Shown here: positions 1 to 9,910 of the stretch, piece after piece
How the letters are laid out: the number at the start of each line of letters is the position of its first letter
How positions within the stretch are numbered: the stretch's first letter is position 1
Assembly (NCBI GenBank): GCA_963772365.1
Contig: CAVYXA010000001.1
Span: 1,184,001 to 1,248,000 of the forward strand
Direction: 5' to 3'
Length of the DNA stretch: 64,000 nucleotides
Source of the DNA: an uncultured Verrucomicrobiae bacterium
GTDB taxonomy: Bacteria > Verrucomicrobiota > Verrucomicrobiia > Chthoniobacterales > UBA10450
Notes under the pieces: generated by a model
Database searches by the model: none
What the model saw: the letters and a program-made list of their open reading frames with translations, nothing else
Told to the model about the DNA's origin: nothing
Made by a program: the position numbers and the translations under genes

Positions 1-756
1 TACCGGGTGCCGATGCGGATTTATCCGGCGATCCATTACACCATGGGCGGGTTATGGGTGGATTACAATTTGATGAGCAATTTGCCCGGTTTGTTTGTAA
101 TCGGCGAAGCGAACTTCTCCGATCATGGCGCGAACCGGCTCGGAGCCAGTGCGCTGATGCAAGGTCTCGCTGATGGCTATTTCGTTTTGCCTTACACATT
201 GCCGAATTATCTAGCGGGACAATCCGGAAAACGGCCCTCGACTGAAAATCCAGAATTTACAAAAGCCGAAAGCGAAGTGCGGGCGAAGATCGACAATCTC
301 CTCAAGATCAATGGAGATCGCTCCCTCGATGCGATTCATCGGGAACTTGGACTCCTCTTGTGGGAAAAATGTGGAATGGCGCGTAGTGCGAAAGGCTTGC
401 AGGATGCGCTCCAAAAAATCCCTGAGCTACGCCAGGAATTTTGGAAAACTGTGCGTGTTCCCGGTGAGAACGAAGATTTCAATCAATCGCTCGAACGTGC
501 CGGACGGGTAGCCGATTTTCTCGAATTCGCCGAGCTGATGTGCATCGACGCGCTCGCCCGCGATGAATCATGCGGCGCGCATTTTCGCGAGGAACATCAA
601 ACGCCCGAAGGTGAAGCGAAACGGGACGATGAAAATTTTGCGTCCGTGTTTGCCTGGGAATTTCAAGGCGCAAATGGAACGGTCGCGCCGCCGCAATTGC
701 ATCGTGAACCCTTACAATTCGAAACCGTGCATCTAACCCAAAGAAGCTACAAATGA
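1..756 (+). CDS. sdhA: Succinate dehydrogenase/fumarate reductase flavoprotein subunit, 3' part (starts before the window)
   Basis: HYTMGG, HGANRLG and ESCGAHFR motifs; followed by the Fe-S subunit. Confidence 0.93.
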   Translation, partial: YRVPMRIYPAIHYTMGGLWVDYNLMSNLPGLFVIGEANFSDHGANRLGASALMQGLADGYFVLPYTLPNYLAGQSGKRPSTENPEFTKAESEVRAKIDNLLKINGDRSLDAIHRELGLLLWEKCGMARSAKGLQDALQKIPELRQEFWKTVRVPGENEDFNQSLERAGRVADFLEFAELMCIDALARDESCGAHFREEHQTPEGEAKRDDENFASVFAWEFQGANGTVAPPQLHREPLQFETVHLTQRSYK

Positions 757-763
757 CCAAATT

Positions 764-830
764 AATTGTAGGGCAGGCGCTCCGCCTGCCAAAGCAAAGG
801 AATGGCAACCGATACGGTTGCCCTACAATT
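764..830. repeat. GTAG-type REP doublet, family A (TTGTAGGGCA...TGCCCTACAA)
   Basis: Inverted ends and internal hairpins; related copies at 51333, 57655, 58224 and 59755. Confidence 0.85.
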
Positions 831-838
831 CGCCAACT

Positions 839-1594
839 ATGAACTTTCGGCTGAGAATCTGGCGACAGAAAAATCGACAATCGCGCGGCAAACTCGTCGA
901 TTACGATGCGCCCGACATCTCGCCGAACGCATCGATTCTCGAGATGCTCGACATTGTGAACGAGAGATTACTGCTCCGCGGTGAGGAACCGATCGCCTTC
1001 GATTCCGATTGCCGCGAGGGAATTTGCGGAACCTGTTCGCTTTCCATCAATGGCGAAGCGCATGGGCCGGATCATCCCGGCGCTGCCTGCGAAGTTTACA
1101 TGAGAAAATTTCGCGATGGCCAAACGATCATTATCGAACCATTTCGGGTAAAATCGTTTCCGGTCGTCAAGGACCTCGTCGTCGATCGCAGCGCGCTGGA
1201 CCGCATTGTTCAAGCAGGCGGATTTATTTCCGCCCGGACCGGTTCCGCGCCGGAAGCCAATTCGATTCCCGTTCCCAAGCACGATTCCGACCTGGCCATG
1301 GAAGCGGCGGCGTGCATCGGCTGTGGCGCATGCGCGGCGGCGTGTCCGAATGCCTCGGCCATGCTGTTCACGGCGGCGAAGGTTTCGCACCTCGCGGTTT
1401 TACCTCAAGGTCACCCGGAGCGCGAAAGTCGCGTTTTAAAAATGGTTCGGGCGATGGACGCCGAAGGTTTCGGCAACTGCACGAATACCTATGAATGCGA
1501 AGCGGTGTGCCCGGCGGAGATCAGCGCGAGTTTCATTGCAAAACTGAACCGGGAATACGCACGGGCAAATTTCCGGCGCAGCGTCGAGGATTGA
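839..1594 (+). CDS. sdhB: Succinate dehydrogenase/fumarate reductase iron-sulfur subunit
   Basis: [21 protein letters not shown] and [12 protein letters not shown] clusters; start MNFRLRIW. Confidence 0.93.
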   Translation: MNFRLRIWRQKNRQSRGKLVDYDAPDISPNASILEMLDIVNERLLLRGEEPIAFDSDCREGICGTCSLSINGEAHGPDHPGAACEVYMRKFRDGQTIIIEPFRVKSFPVVKDLVVDRSALDRIVQAGGFISARTGSAPEANSIPVPKHDSDLAMEAAACIGCGACAAACPNASAMLFTAAKVSHLAVLPQGHPERESRVLKMVRAMDAEGFGNCTNTYECEAVCPAEISASFIAKLNREYARANFRRSVED

Positions 1595-1615
1595 TCACGC
1601 TCAATCCGCGTAGTT

Positions 1616-1768
1616 CTGGGTAGCGCACGCCTCCGGCGTGCTGGTTTCGGTGTTCCGCCGAAACAGTCTTTTTGGAGATCCGCTCGCAATCCAGCTTCAA
1701 ACCTGGTAGGGAAAGTTCGCGATCGCGAGGACGCGCTCGCCAGCACGCGAGACGCGTGCGCTACCCAG
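1616..1768. repeat. Long palindromic REP-like element (CTGGGTAGCGCACGC...GCGTGCGCTACCCAG)
   Basis: Terminal inverted repeats with internal hairpins; contains the ispE stop codon. Confidence 0.8.
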
Positions 1769-2591
1769 TCGTTTCGCATGCGCGCGTCCACAATTGCGGA
1801 TCCAACTCGGACTTCGCACGGTTCGCTACAAGATCGGCCTTCACATTCGGTCGCATGATCGCGAACATTGTCGATCCTGAACCGGACATCAAAGCGGCGC
1901 TCACTTCGGGCTGATTCAATAGCCACATTTTCATTCGTGCCAGGAAAACAAACTTCTCGAATGCGGGACGCTCCAGATCATTCACCAGAATCTGGTTCGA
2001 AAATTCCTGCGCTCCATATTTGATTTCCGGAACTTCGCGAGAACTCTGCCAATGTTTGTAAGCCCACGCCGTCGGAACGCCAAATTCCGGCTTTAATAAC
2101 AGGATCGACAACGGTTCCGGCAGTTTCGTCGGAGTTACCAGTTCGCCACGACCCTTGCAGATCGCCGCGGATTGAAAGATGAAAAATGGGACATCGGAGC
2201 CGATCGATTCCGCCATTTTGGCCAGCGCTTCTCGTGGCAATTTTGTTTCGAACAATTCGTTCATTGCCAGCAGTGTCGAAGCGGCATCGCTGCTGCCGCC
2301 GCCAAGACCTGCACCGTGCGGAATCTTTTTCCTCAACCGGATTGAGACTCCATCAGTGAGCTTTGTCGCGTCGAAAAACAATCTCGCAGCGCGCACGACC
2401 AGATTATCGGCGCCTCCGGGAATCGACGGATCATTGCATTCAAAATCGATAAGTTCCGCCTGCTTCTCGATGTCGATCTCATCGTAAAGCGAGATCGGAG
2501 CAATCAGAGTCTCGATCTCATGAAACCCATCCTCGCGTCTCTTGAGAATGCGCAACGAAAGATTGATCTTCGCGGGAGCAAGGATTTGCAT
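1761..2591 (-). CDS. ispE: 4-diphosphocytidyl-2-C-methyl-D-erythritol kinase
   Basis: APAKINL, GLGGGSSDAA and MSGSGST GHMP-kinase motifs. Confidence 0.95.
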   Translation of the reverse strand: MQILAPAKINLSLRILKRREDGFHEIETLIAPISLYDEIDIEKQAELIDFECNDPSIPGGADNLVVRAARLFFDATKLTDGVSIRLRKKIPHGAGLGGGSSDAASTLLAMNELFETKLPREALAKMAESIGSDVPFFIFQSAAICKGRGELVTPTKLPEPLSILLLKPEFGVPTAWAYKHWQSSREVPEIKYGAQEFSNQILVNDLERPAFEKFVFLARMKMWLLNQPEVSAALMSGSGSTMFAIMRPNVKADLVANRAKSELDPQLWTRACETTG

Positions 2592-2594
2592 ATT

Positions 2595-2676
2595 TGTCAT
2601 GTCGAGCGTAGTCGAGACATCCCGTGATGCCAGCCAAAGGTAGGCTACGGGGTCCTCGACTTCGCTCGGAATGACA
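2595..2676. repeat. TGTCAT...ATGACA palindromic element, family B
   Basis: TGTCATGTCGAGCGTAGTCGAG...CTCGACTTCGCTCGGAATGACA; relatives at 3379, 5292 and 49032. Confidence 0.85.
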
Positions 2677-3360
2677 GACGTATCTGACAAAATCATTGTC
2701 GCGCTCGACGTATCTTCAAAACAAGAGGCGCTCGCGTTGGTAAACGAACTGCGCGATCAGATTTCGTTTTTCAAGGTCGGACTCCAACTTTACACCGCAG
2801 AAGGTCCCGAGATCGCACGTGCCGTTCGAAAAACCGGCGTGAAGGTTTTTCTCGATCTAAAGCTTTACGACATTCCAAACACAGTCGCCCGCGCCGTGGA
2901 GTCAGCGGTAACTCTCGACGTGCAAATGCTCACGATTCACTTGAGCGGCGGCAGGGAAATGATCCGCGCAGCCGTCGATGCTGGAAAAAACATGTCGATC
3001 CTTGGGGTGACAGTGTTGACGAGCGCGACCGAAGAGACGCTCCGCGAAACCGGCGTTTCCGACAACGTCGATAATCAGGTGGTGCATTTGGCGAAGCTCG
3101 GCTGGGAAAATGGAGTCAGCGGAATTGTGGCCAGCGCTCGAGAACTGAAGCAGCTGCGGGCGGAGCTCGGCGAGAAGATCAAAATCGTTGTCCCCGGTAT
3201 TCGACCGTCCGGTTCCGAAGCGGGCGACCAGAAACGGGTGATGACGCCACGCGAAGCGATCGATGCGGGTGCGGATTATCTGGTGATCGGACGACCGATT
3301 ACTGCGCAGCGAAATCCCCGTGAGGCTGCGAAGAGAATCTTGGAGGACCTCGTCGTTTGA
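2671..3360 (+). CDS. pyrF: Orotidine-5'-phosphate decarboxylase
   Basis: IVALD, DLKLYDIPNT, PGIRP and VIGRPIT motifs. Confidence 0.95.
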   Translation: MTDVSDKIIVALDVSSKQEALALVNELRDQISFFKVGLQLYTAEGPEIARAVRKTGVKVFLDLKLYDIPNTVARAVESAVTLDVQMLTIHLSGGREMIRAAVDAGKNMSILGVTVLTSATEETLRETGVSDNVDNQVVHLAKLGWENGVSGIVASARELKQLRAELGEKIKIVVPGIRPSGSEAGDQKRVMTPREAIDAGADYLVIGRPITAQRNPREAAKRILEDLVV

Positions 3361-3378
3361 TGAGAACGGATCCATTTC

Positions 3379-3473
3379 TGTCATTCTGAGCGAAGCGAAG
3401 AATCTCTGACTATGTCTGGAAGGTCCTCTTCAGGAGGAATAGCTAGAGATGTTTCGCTTCGCTCAACATGACA
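3379..3473. repeat. TGTCAT...ATGACA palindromic element, family B
   Basis: TGTCATTCTGAGCGAAGCGAAGAATCT...GATGTTTCGCTTCGCTCAACATGACA. Confidence 0.85.
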
Positions 3474-4190
3474 GAAAAGCTCTTCACAGATCTTCGTACT
3501 TACTTCGATAATGCCGCGCACTCGGCACCAATGAACATGGCGCTGGATGAAGCTTTGCTTGAGTCGGCCACTGTTCCGAGCATCCGCTTCTATGAATGGG
3601 ATCACGATGCGCTTTCGTTTGGTTATTTCGGACGCTTCAAGGATGTCCAAAGATTTGCCGGTGAGCGCGACCTGGTGCGGCGTTGGACAGGTGGTGGAAT
3701 CGTTTTTCATGGCACAGACCTGACCTACTCGATCGTAATCCCGCGAAGTGATCCGGCGTTCGATGAATCATCTATGTCGATCTACGAAAAAGTTCATCGC
3801 GCACTGTGCAATGCGCTCTTTGCCAGTGGAAACCGCGCAGAATTATCGGCTGTAGCGGCGGTCTGTGATCGCCGCAAATCCTGCTCCCGAGAAATGGCGG
3901 CGGTCACAGACCGCCGCTACAAGGATATGTGCTTCGAAAACCCGGTTCGCTCCGATGTAATGATCGACGGACACAAGATCGCCGGTGCGGCCCAGCGCCG
4001 GACCAAGCGCGGCTTGCTTCAGCAGGGCAGCATTCAGCATGTCGATCGCGGCGGCAGTCTTGGCAGTCGCTTTGCTCAGGCGTTGTCTCAAAATCCTGTC
4101 GATCGCGAGCTTGATCCGGCGCTACTGGAAAGGGCAAAGCGAATTGCGACTGAAAAGTATGGCAGTCGCGAATGGCTGCAAAAGCGGTGA
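3468..4190 (+). CDS. Lipoate-protein ligase A / octanoyltransferase family protein
   Basis: NMALDEALL, VRRWTGGGIVFH and KIAGAAQRR motifs. Confidence 0.88.
   Translation: MTEKLFTDLRTYFDNAAHSAPMNMALDEALLESATVPSIRFYEWDHDALSFGYFGRFKDVQRFAGERDLVRRWTGGGIVFHGTDLTYSIVIPRSDPAFDESSMSIYEKVHRALCNALFASGNRAELSAVAAVCDRRKSCSREMAAVTDRRYKDMCFENPVRSDVMIDGHKIAGAAQRRTKRGLLQQGSIQHVDRGGSLGSRFAQALSQNPVDRELDPALLERAKRIATEKYGSREWLQKR
3851..3921. repeat. GTAG-type REP doublet, family C, in frame inside the lipoate ligase ORF
   Basis: TGTAGCGGCGGTCTGTGA...TCACAGACCGCCGCTACA; the same family is intergenic at 11756 and 30313. Confidence 0.88.
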
Positions 4191-4243
4191 AATTCTTGCC
4201 TGTTGCTTTGACAACAAGTAAGCCTGCCCAGTATTCTCGCGGT

Positions 4244-5272
4244 GTGAAAGCTGTGGCACCGGCCAATCTGGAACCGACCATTCCCGTAGCAGGGCCGCTG
4301 GCCCGGGTGGCGCAACTAATTAAGCCGCACCTGGACTCTGTCGAAACACGCATCGCGCGACAGACTGCGGAGTTTGATCCGGCCATCGAAGGCTATGTGG
4401 CATATGCAGTTGGCAGCCGCGGCAAACGTCTTCGTCCATTGCTCGCGCTTTTGGCCGGCGGAGCATCTGGCACGATTAACGCCGGACATGTCGATCTTGC
4501 TGTGATTGTCGAGCTCATTCACATCGCCACGCTGGTTCACGACGACATCATGGACGAAGCGGAACGGCGTCGCGGCCAACCGACGGTGAATGCGCGTTGG
4601 GGAAATTCGCTCAGTGTCTTGCTGGGCGACTGTCTGTTTGCTCACGCCCTAACTCTGTCCACGAATTTTGAGAATGCGAACATCAGCCGTGGAATCGCCC
4701 GCACCGCGACGACGGTTTGCTCCGGCGAGATGATCCAAACCCAGCGCCGATTCGATCTAAAACTGACCGTCGATGAGTATCTGCGGATCGTGGAAATGAA
4801 AACCGGTTCCCTGTTTTCCGCGGCGGCAGAACTCGCAGCGCTCATTAGCGAAGCCGATCCGGCGGTGATAACAATGTTGAAGCAGTTCGGAATCCGCATC
4901 GGTACGGCTTATCAAATTTACGATGATTGTCTCGATCTTGCCGGAACCGAAAGCGCGACCGGCAAGACGCTCGGGACTGATCTTCGCAAGGGCAAATTCA
5001 CACTCCCTGTCTTAATTTTCCTCCGCTCGGCTTCCGAGTTCGAGCGGGAACAGTGCTGCCGGCTCGTGCTCGAGGAAAAAATTGAAGAGATGACAGCACT
5101 CCTGACAAATGGAGCAACGAACGGAGCGCTGAACGAATCGATCGCGGCAGGCTGCAAGTTAATTCGCCAGGCGCAGACAAGTCTCGACCGGATTATTGCC
5201 AATCCCTATTCGGATGCGCTCTTCGCACTAGGCGACGCATTGTGCGACATGTTTGAGCAACTTCGCGTGTGA
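4244..5272 (+). CDS. Polyprenyl diphosphate synthase
   Basis: GKRLRP, LVHDDIMD and QIYDDCLD motifs; GTG start chosen, uncertain. Confidence 0.9.
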   Translation: MKAVAPANLEPTIPVAGPLARVAQLIKPHLDSVETRIARQTAEFDPAIEGYVAYAVGSRGKRLRPLLALLAGGASGTINAGHVDLAVIVELIHIATLVHDDIMDEAERRRGQPTVNARWGNSLSVLLGDCLFAHALTLSTNFENANISRGIARTATTVCSGEMIQTQRRFDLKLTVDEYLRIVEMKTGSLFSAAAELAALISEADPAVITMLKQFGIRIGTAYQIYDDCLDLAGTESATGKTLGTDLRKGKFTLPVLIFLRSASEFEREQCCRLVLEEKIEEMTALLTNGATNGALNESIAAGCKLIRQAQTSLDRIIANPYSDALFALGDALCDMFEQLRV

Positions 5273-5291
5273 AACCGCGGTTTTCCAAACC

Positions 5292-5322
5292 TGTCATTCT
5301 GAGCGAAGCGAAGAATCTCTGA
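5292..5322. repeat. Half copy of the family B palindrome
   Basis: TGTCATTCTGAGCGAAGCGAAGAATCTCTGA, identical to the start of the 3379 copy. Confidence 0.8.
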
Positions 5323-5356
5323 TCATTTCTTCGACAACATCGTTCCCGCCATAGTC

Positions 5357-6052
5357 ATGCCGCAGCTCAAAATTCGCGAAATGCCGCAGGAAGAGCGTCC
5401 GCGCGAAAAACTTGCCGCCCATGGGGCATCGGCCCTGACCGATTCGGAGTTGATCGCGATTCTGTTGCGGATAGGAATTCCCGGCGCGAATGCCATCGAG
5501 ATCGGGCGTCGATTGCTGGAACAATATCGATCTTGGAACCGGCTGAGCCGATGCACTGTTCACGATTTAGCGCCAATTCCGGGGATCGGTTTTGCCAAAG
5601 CAACCCAGCTCGTGGCTGCATTTGAGATCGGTCAACGGCTGGCGCGCGAGAAACTCTCAGATCAAAAGATTGATTCGCCGGAATTGGTTCACGAATTACT
5701 CGGACCGGAAATGCGCAGGCTGAGCAAGGAATCGCTCCGCGTCATCCTGCTCGATACGCGCTATCATTTGATCCGCACTGAGGAAGTCTCGGTCGGCAGC
5801 CTCAACGAAAGCATCGCCCATCCCCGCGATGTTTTTCGGCCGGCAGTGATCTCCTCTGCCTACGCGGTCATTGTCGTCCACAATCATCCCTCGGGTGATC
5901 CATCCCCCAGCCAGACCGATCACAGTTTGACTCGCCGATTGGCCGAAGCCGCTGAGCTGTTACAGATCAAATTGCTCGATCACGTTATCATCGGCGCGCC
6001 CGGAGAAGGCAGTCCCGGCTATTTCAGTTTCAAGGAAGCGGGCGTGTTATAG
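5357..6052 (+). CDS. radC: RadC family JAB-domain protein
   Basis: ERPREKL, HPRDVF, HNHPSGD and LLDHVII motifs. Confidence 0.93.
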   Translation: MPQLKIREMPQEERPREKLAAHGASALTDSELIAILLRIGIPGANAIEIGRRLLEQYRSWNRLSRCTVHDLAPIPGIGFAKATQLVAAFEIGQRLAREKLSDQKIDSPELVHELLGPEMRRLSKESLRVILLDTRYHLIRTEEVSVGSLNESIAHPRDVFRPAVISSAYAVIVVHNHPSGDPSPSQTDHSLTRRLAEAAELLQIKLLDHVIIGAPGEGSPGYFSFKEAGVL

Positions 6053-6070
6053 GGGCAATTCTAAAACAGA

Positions 6071-6892
6071 ATGACACGGGGAAAAATTCACCATACGGCA
6101 ATTGTCGATCCTCGCGCCGAGATCGGCAGCGATGTCGAGATTGGGCCGTTCTCGGTTGTCGGCCCGGAAGCCAAGATCGGAAACAATACCGTTCTGCAAT
6201 CGCATGTGGTTATGGAAGGCACGGTCGCGATCGGCTCCGGGAACTTTATTGGACACGGCGCAATCATCGGAGCCGCGCCGCAAGATCTCTCATTTTCAGC
6301 CGATCGAAAAACCAAAGTCGAAATCGGCAAGGACAATGTCATTCGCGAATATTGCACCGTTCATCGCGGGACAGTCGAAGGAAGCGCCACGAAAATCGGC
6401 AGCAAAAATTTTCTCATGGCTGGTGCGCATATTGGACACAATTGCGAGATCGGCAATAACGTCATCATCGCGAATAATTGTCTGTTAGGCGGTTACGTTC
6501 GAGTGGATGACGGCGCGTTTCTCGGCGGCGGCTGCGTGTTTCATCAGTTCATGCACGTGGGGCGTTTGGCCATCGCCCAGGGGGCTTCGGCTTTTAGTAA
6601 AGATATTCCGCCATTCGTCATCGCGGCTGAACGCAATTACGTCTTCGGGTTGAATGTCATTGGGATGCGCCGCGCCGGATTCAGCCCGCAAGATCGAGAT
6701 GAGATTAAAGCGGCATTCAGGCTGATCTACAAGAGCGGACTCAACATCAGTCAGGCACTCGAAAAGGCGAACACGATGAAAGTCGGTGCGGCTGCGCGTG
6801 AGTTTTTTGATTTTATCGCCGACGCGAAGAAGCGCGGGATTTGCCCGCTCAAACGCGGCGAACGCGATCAGAAGGAAATGACCGAAATCTAA
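6071..6892 (+). CDS. lpxA: UDP-N-acetylglucosamine O-acyltransferase
   Basis: Hexapeptide repeats, PQDL, IREYCTVHRGT and HIGHNC. Confidence 0.9.
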   Translation: MTRGKIHHTAIVDPRAEIGSDVEIGPFSVVGPEAKIGNNTVLQSHVVMEGTVAIGSGNFIGHGAIIGAAPQDLSFSADRKTKVEIGKDNVIREYCTVHRGTVEGSATKIGSKNFLMAGAHIGHNCEIGNNVIIANNCLLGGYVRVDDGAFLGGGCVFHQFMHVGRLAIAQGASAFSKDIPPFVIAAERNYVFGLNVIGMRRAGFSPQDRDEIKAAFRLIYKSGLNISQALEKANTMKVGAAAREFFDFIADAKKRGICPLKRGERDQKEMTEI

Positions 6893-6898
6893 CGGCGA

Positions 6899-7651
6899 TC
6901 AATTTTTGCTGGCAAGATGAGCGAGCGCAGTTTGGACAAAGGCGGGCGCCATTCGACCAAAGATTGGCCCATGGCCGCCGTTCGGCACAATCCAGAGAGC
7001 CGCTTGCGGTATGCCGCGAAATAACTCAAACGCCATTTCCACCGGATAAAGCGGATCGCGGTCGCCATGCACGATCAGCGTCCGCGCCGTGATCGTTGTG
7101 AGGAGTGCGGGCGTAAAGGCCATGTCATCGTAGCTGGTGGCGAACGATCGTGTCATTGCATAGAGCTGCGCGATTTGTTCGTCTCCATGGATATGGCGAC
7201 TGCGTAACATGTCCCGTTCGGCAACAGGCAAATGCTCAAATGCTTCCTCAGTGTATTTAGCGGCCGTTTCCCGCAATTGAGGTGGAAAATAGGGCGTCGC
7301 ACTGACAAGGACCATCGACTGGATTCGATTCGGCTGCATGGTGGCGACATGCAGCAGGGTCTTCGCTCCCATGCTCATGCCGATCGCTTTCGCATGCGCA
7401 ATTTGAAGATGATCGAGCAACACAATGACATCGTTGGCGCATTGTTTGAACGTAAAGGACTTCGCCGGGTTCGTCGATCGACCATGCCCGCGCAGATCCG
7501 GCACGATCATTCGGTAATCCTCGGGGTCAGACGTAAAAATATGTTTCCAATCGCTGCCAATACCCATTCCTCCATGCAGAAGCAACAGCGGCTCACCTTC
7601 TCCGCGCACTTCGTAATACATTTCGAATCCATTCAACGCGACGATGGGCAT
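6899..7651 (-). CDS. Alpha/beta hydrolase
   Basis: LLLHGG, DLRGHGRS, GMSMG nucleophile elbow and HGDRD. Confidence 0.88.
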   Translation of the reverse strand: MPIVALNGFEMYYEVRGEGEPLLLLHGGMGIGSDWKHIFTSDPEDYRMIVPDLRGHGRSTNPAKSFTFKQCANDVIVLLDHLQIAHAKAIGMSMGAKTLLHVATMQPNRIQSMVLVSATPYFPPQLRETAAKYTEEAFEHLPVAERDMLRSRHIHGDEQIAQLYAMTRSFATSYDDMAFTPALLTTITARTLIVHGDRDPLYPVEMAFELFRGIPQAALWIVPNGGHGPIFGRMAPAFVQTALAHLASKN

Positions 7652-7658
7652 ATAGATG

Positions 7659-8339
7659 TTATTTGATCCCGAGAAGCGCGAGCATGCGGCCGGTTTTTCC
7701 TTTCTCGGCCCGATAGGAATAGTAGCGATCCAAATCGCGGGCGGTGCAGATACCAATGTCGTAAATTTGCTTCAGTCCGCAGGATCGACATTGGCGAATG
7801 ATCTCCGCGGCAAAATCGATTTCGTAATGCGGCGGACGAATGCACGGGCTGAGTTGGACAATCATGTCGACTGGATCGGATCCGAATTCGGTCTTCATTT
7901 GTTCAATGGCTTTGATCACAATCGACAAAGCCGTTCCTTTTTTCCCAGAATGAACGAGACCGATCGCTGCAGTCTTGGGATCGACAAGGTAAACCGCGCA
8001 GCAATCGGCCACATGAATGCCGAGAAGAATTTCTCGCCGGTTGGTGATCATCCCGTCGCATCCTTCAAATTGCAGGTCCGATGCAATTTCTGGATCAATC
8101 ACTGCAATCTTATCGCCGTGGACTTGTTCCGCGGTAAGTAACGGCCAATCCGCCAGACCGATTTCGCGCCGAATCTTGTCGTGCGCAGCCTCGAGTTGTT
8201 TTAAAGCCTCCGCTTTGTCGTGGGCGACATCGACACCGGGAATCCGTGTGATAAACGCGTGCCGGCACGGCGGGAAATCCAGCGCGGCGAATTGTTCAAC
8301 GTGATTTGGCGCACCGCCCAATCGCGCCGTGCCGTTCAT
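7659..8339 (-). CDS. YfiH/PgeF (polyphenol oxidase-like) family protein
   Basis: EQVHG, VADC, VHSG and YYSYR...GRM motifs. Confidence 0.85.
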   Translation of the reverse strand: MNGTARLGGAPNHVEQFAALDFPPCRHAFITRIPGVDVAHDKAEALKQLEAAHDKIRREIGLADWPLLTAEQVHGDKIAVIDPEIASDLQFEGCDGMITNRREILLGIHVADCCAVYLVDPKTAAIGLVHSGKKGTALSIVIKAIEQMKTEFGSDPVDMIVQLSPCIRPPHYEIDFAAEIIRQCRSCGLKQIYDIGICTARDLDRYYSYRAEKGKTGRMLALLGIK

Positions 8340-9874
8340 TTTGCCAGGGACTCGGGCGGATTCACCATCGCTGACAGCGGCAGCGGCGTAGGCTTTGGCG
8401 GAGGCGTCGGCACGGCGAGTGTCTTGAGTTTTTCGCGCGTGTTTGGTTCGTCAAGCAAGCTCGAGAATTTCACTTCAGTCGCGGTTACGCGGTCGAACTC
8501 GGCCACCGCCGCGATATAACTGTAAAGCGCCTGGAGTCGGGTCGATTGCGCAGTTGTTAATTGAACGCGCGCGTCTAGCACTTCGAGCTGTGTCCCAGCC
8601 CCAGCATCCAATCGTGCCCCGGCGAGACGTAATGCTTCCTCGGCTTGCTCGACATTTTTCTCCTGGCTCTCGTAAGTTTCGCGTGCCTGCTGCATGTTGG
8701 AATAGGTTTGCTGAACTTCCAGCTCGACCTGCCGGCCGGCATCGTCATATGCAATTTTCGATTCCTGGAGCACGGCCTTGGCCTGCTTCATCTGCCCCCA
8801 GGTTTGCCCCCAATCCCAGATCGCCCATGTGCCGGTCGCTCCAAAGATGTAACCCGTGCGCGTGTCGCGGATGTTGTCAGTAAAGGGTGAGCTGCGAAAT
8901 TCGTAGCCGCCGGTCCCATTGATCTGCGGGAAAAATCCGGAACGCGCCACGCGGACCTGCTCGGCGTTGCTGAGGACATTCGCCTTTTGCTGTTTGAGAA
9001 ATGGCCGATTTGTTTTTGCGATTTCGATTGCCTGCCGAATAGGCAGCTCACGCGGCTCATAGTTGAGCTGGCCCACCACTTCGATCGGCGCCAGATCGCG
9101 CAAATTCGGGTTGTAATTGATCCCAAGCGTTTTGGCCAGAGCCAGCTTGGCAAGGCGATAATTGTTCTGAGCCGTGATCAACTGTGGAATCTGGTTCGAG
9201 AGCGCGACCTCGGCCTGCAACACATTAAAACGCGGCACCGTCCCGGCCTCGAACCGATTCTGCTGATCTTTCAACTGACTCTTCAGCAGGTTCACCGATT
9301 GTTCCTGCACTGTGATGAGCTCGCGGTTCAGGATGATCTGGTAGAACTGCTGTTTCACTGTGGAAACAACTTCATCCACAGCGTTTCGAAACGCGTAGTA
9401 GCTGCTGTCCCGTTCGAAATCCGCCATCCGGATTTGAGAAACAATCCTGCCGCCGGCGAAAACGACCTGGGTCGCCTCTATGACCAGTTGATATTGGCGT
9501 TCTGCCTGACCGCTACCGGATGCAAGTCGACCCACACCGGGAATAATGATTGTGCCACCGCCGCCGGTCGAAGTCAGGGAGGGCTGAGTGTCCTGGAAAG
9601 TGGCGTTGGCGTTGATATTGGGTAATGCCTGACCGCGAAACTGAATGTAAATGCCTTTCGTCCGCTCGATCTCCTGACGCTGAGTTTGGATCGCGGGATT
9701 TTGCTGCAGCGCAGTGAGGATTGCCTTTTCCAAAGTGAAAGTGGGAGTCCCGGGAGCCACAATCTCCTCACTGCTAGCGGCCGAGGAATCTTCGGATCCG
9801 GCTTTCACCAGCGTTGTCAGGCCCAGTGAAAAAACTGCAAAAAGCGCGGTGAAGACTCCAGATTTGTTAAACAT
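8336..9874 (-). CDS. TolC family outer membrane efflux protein
   Basis: Signal peptide; two OEP repeats (RFEAGT, RLDAGAGTQLEVLDA). Confidence 0.88.
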   Translation of the reverse strand: MFNKSGVFTALFAVFSLGLTTLVKAGSEDSSAASSEEIVAPGTPTFTLEKAILTALQQNPAIQTQRQEIERTKGIYIQFRGQALPNINANATFQDTQPSLTSTGGGGTIIIPGVGRLASGSGQAERQYQLVIEATQVVFAGGRIVSQIRMADFERDSSYYAFRNAVDEVVSTVKQQFYQIILNRELITVQEQSVNLLKSQLKDQQNRFEAGTVPRFNVLQAEVALSNQIPQLITAQNNYRLAKLALAKTLGINYNPNLRDLAPIEVVGQLNYEPRELPIRQAIEIAKTNRPFLKQQKANVLSNAEQVRVARSGFFPQINGTGGYEFRSSPFTDNIRDTRTGYIFGATGTWAIWDWGQTWGQMKQAKAVLQESKIAYDDAGRQVELEVQQTYSNMQQARETYESQEKNVEQAEEALRLAGARLDAGAGTQLEVLDARVQLTTAQSTRLQALYSYIAAVAEFDRVTATEVKFSSLLDEPNTREKLKTLAVPTPPPKPTPLPLSAMVNPPESLAK

Positions 9875-9910
9875 GTAGGGTTTTGAGCCGAATTCCGAAT
9901 ACTCGAATCC

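Noticed and set aside
5357..6052. radC as a mobile-element marker
   Set aside because: Full-length form in a housekeeping run with lpxA
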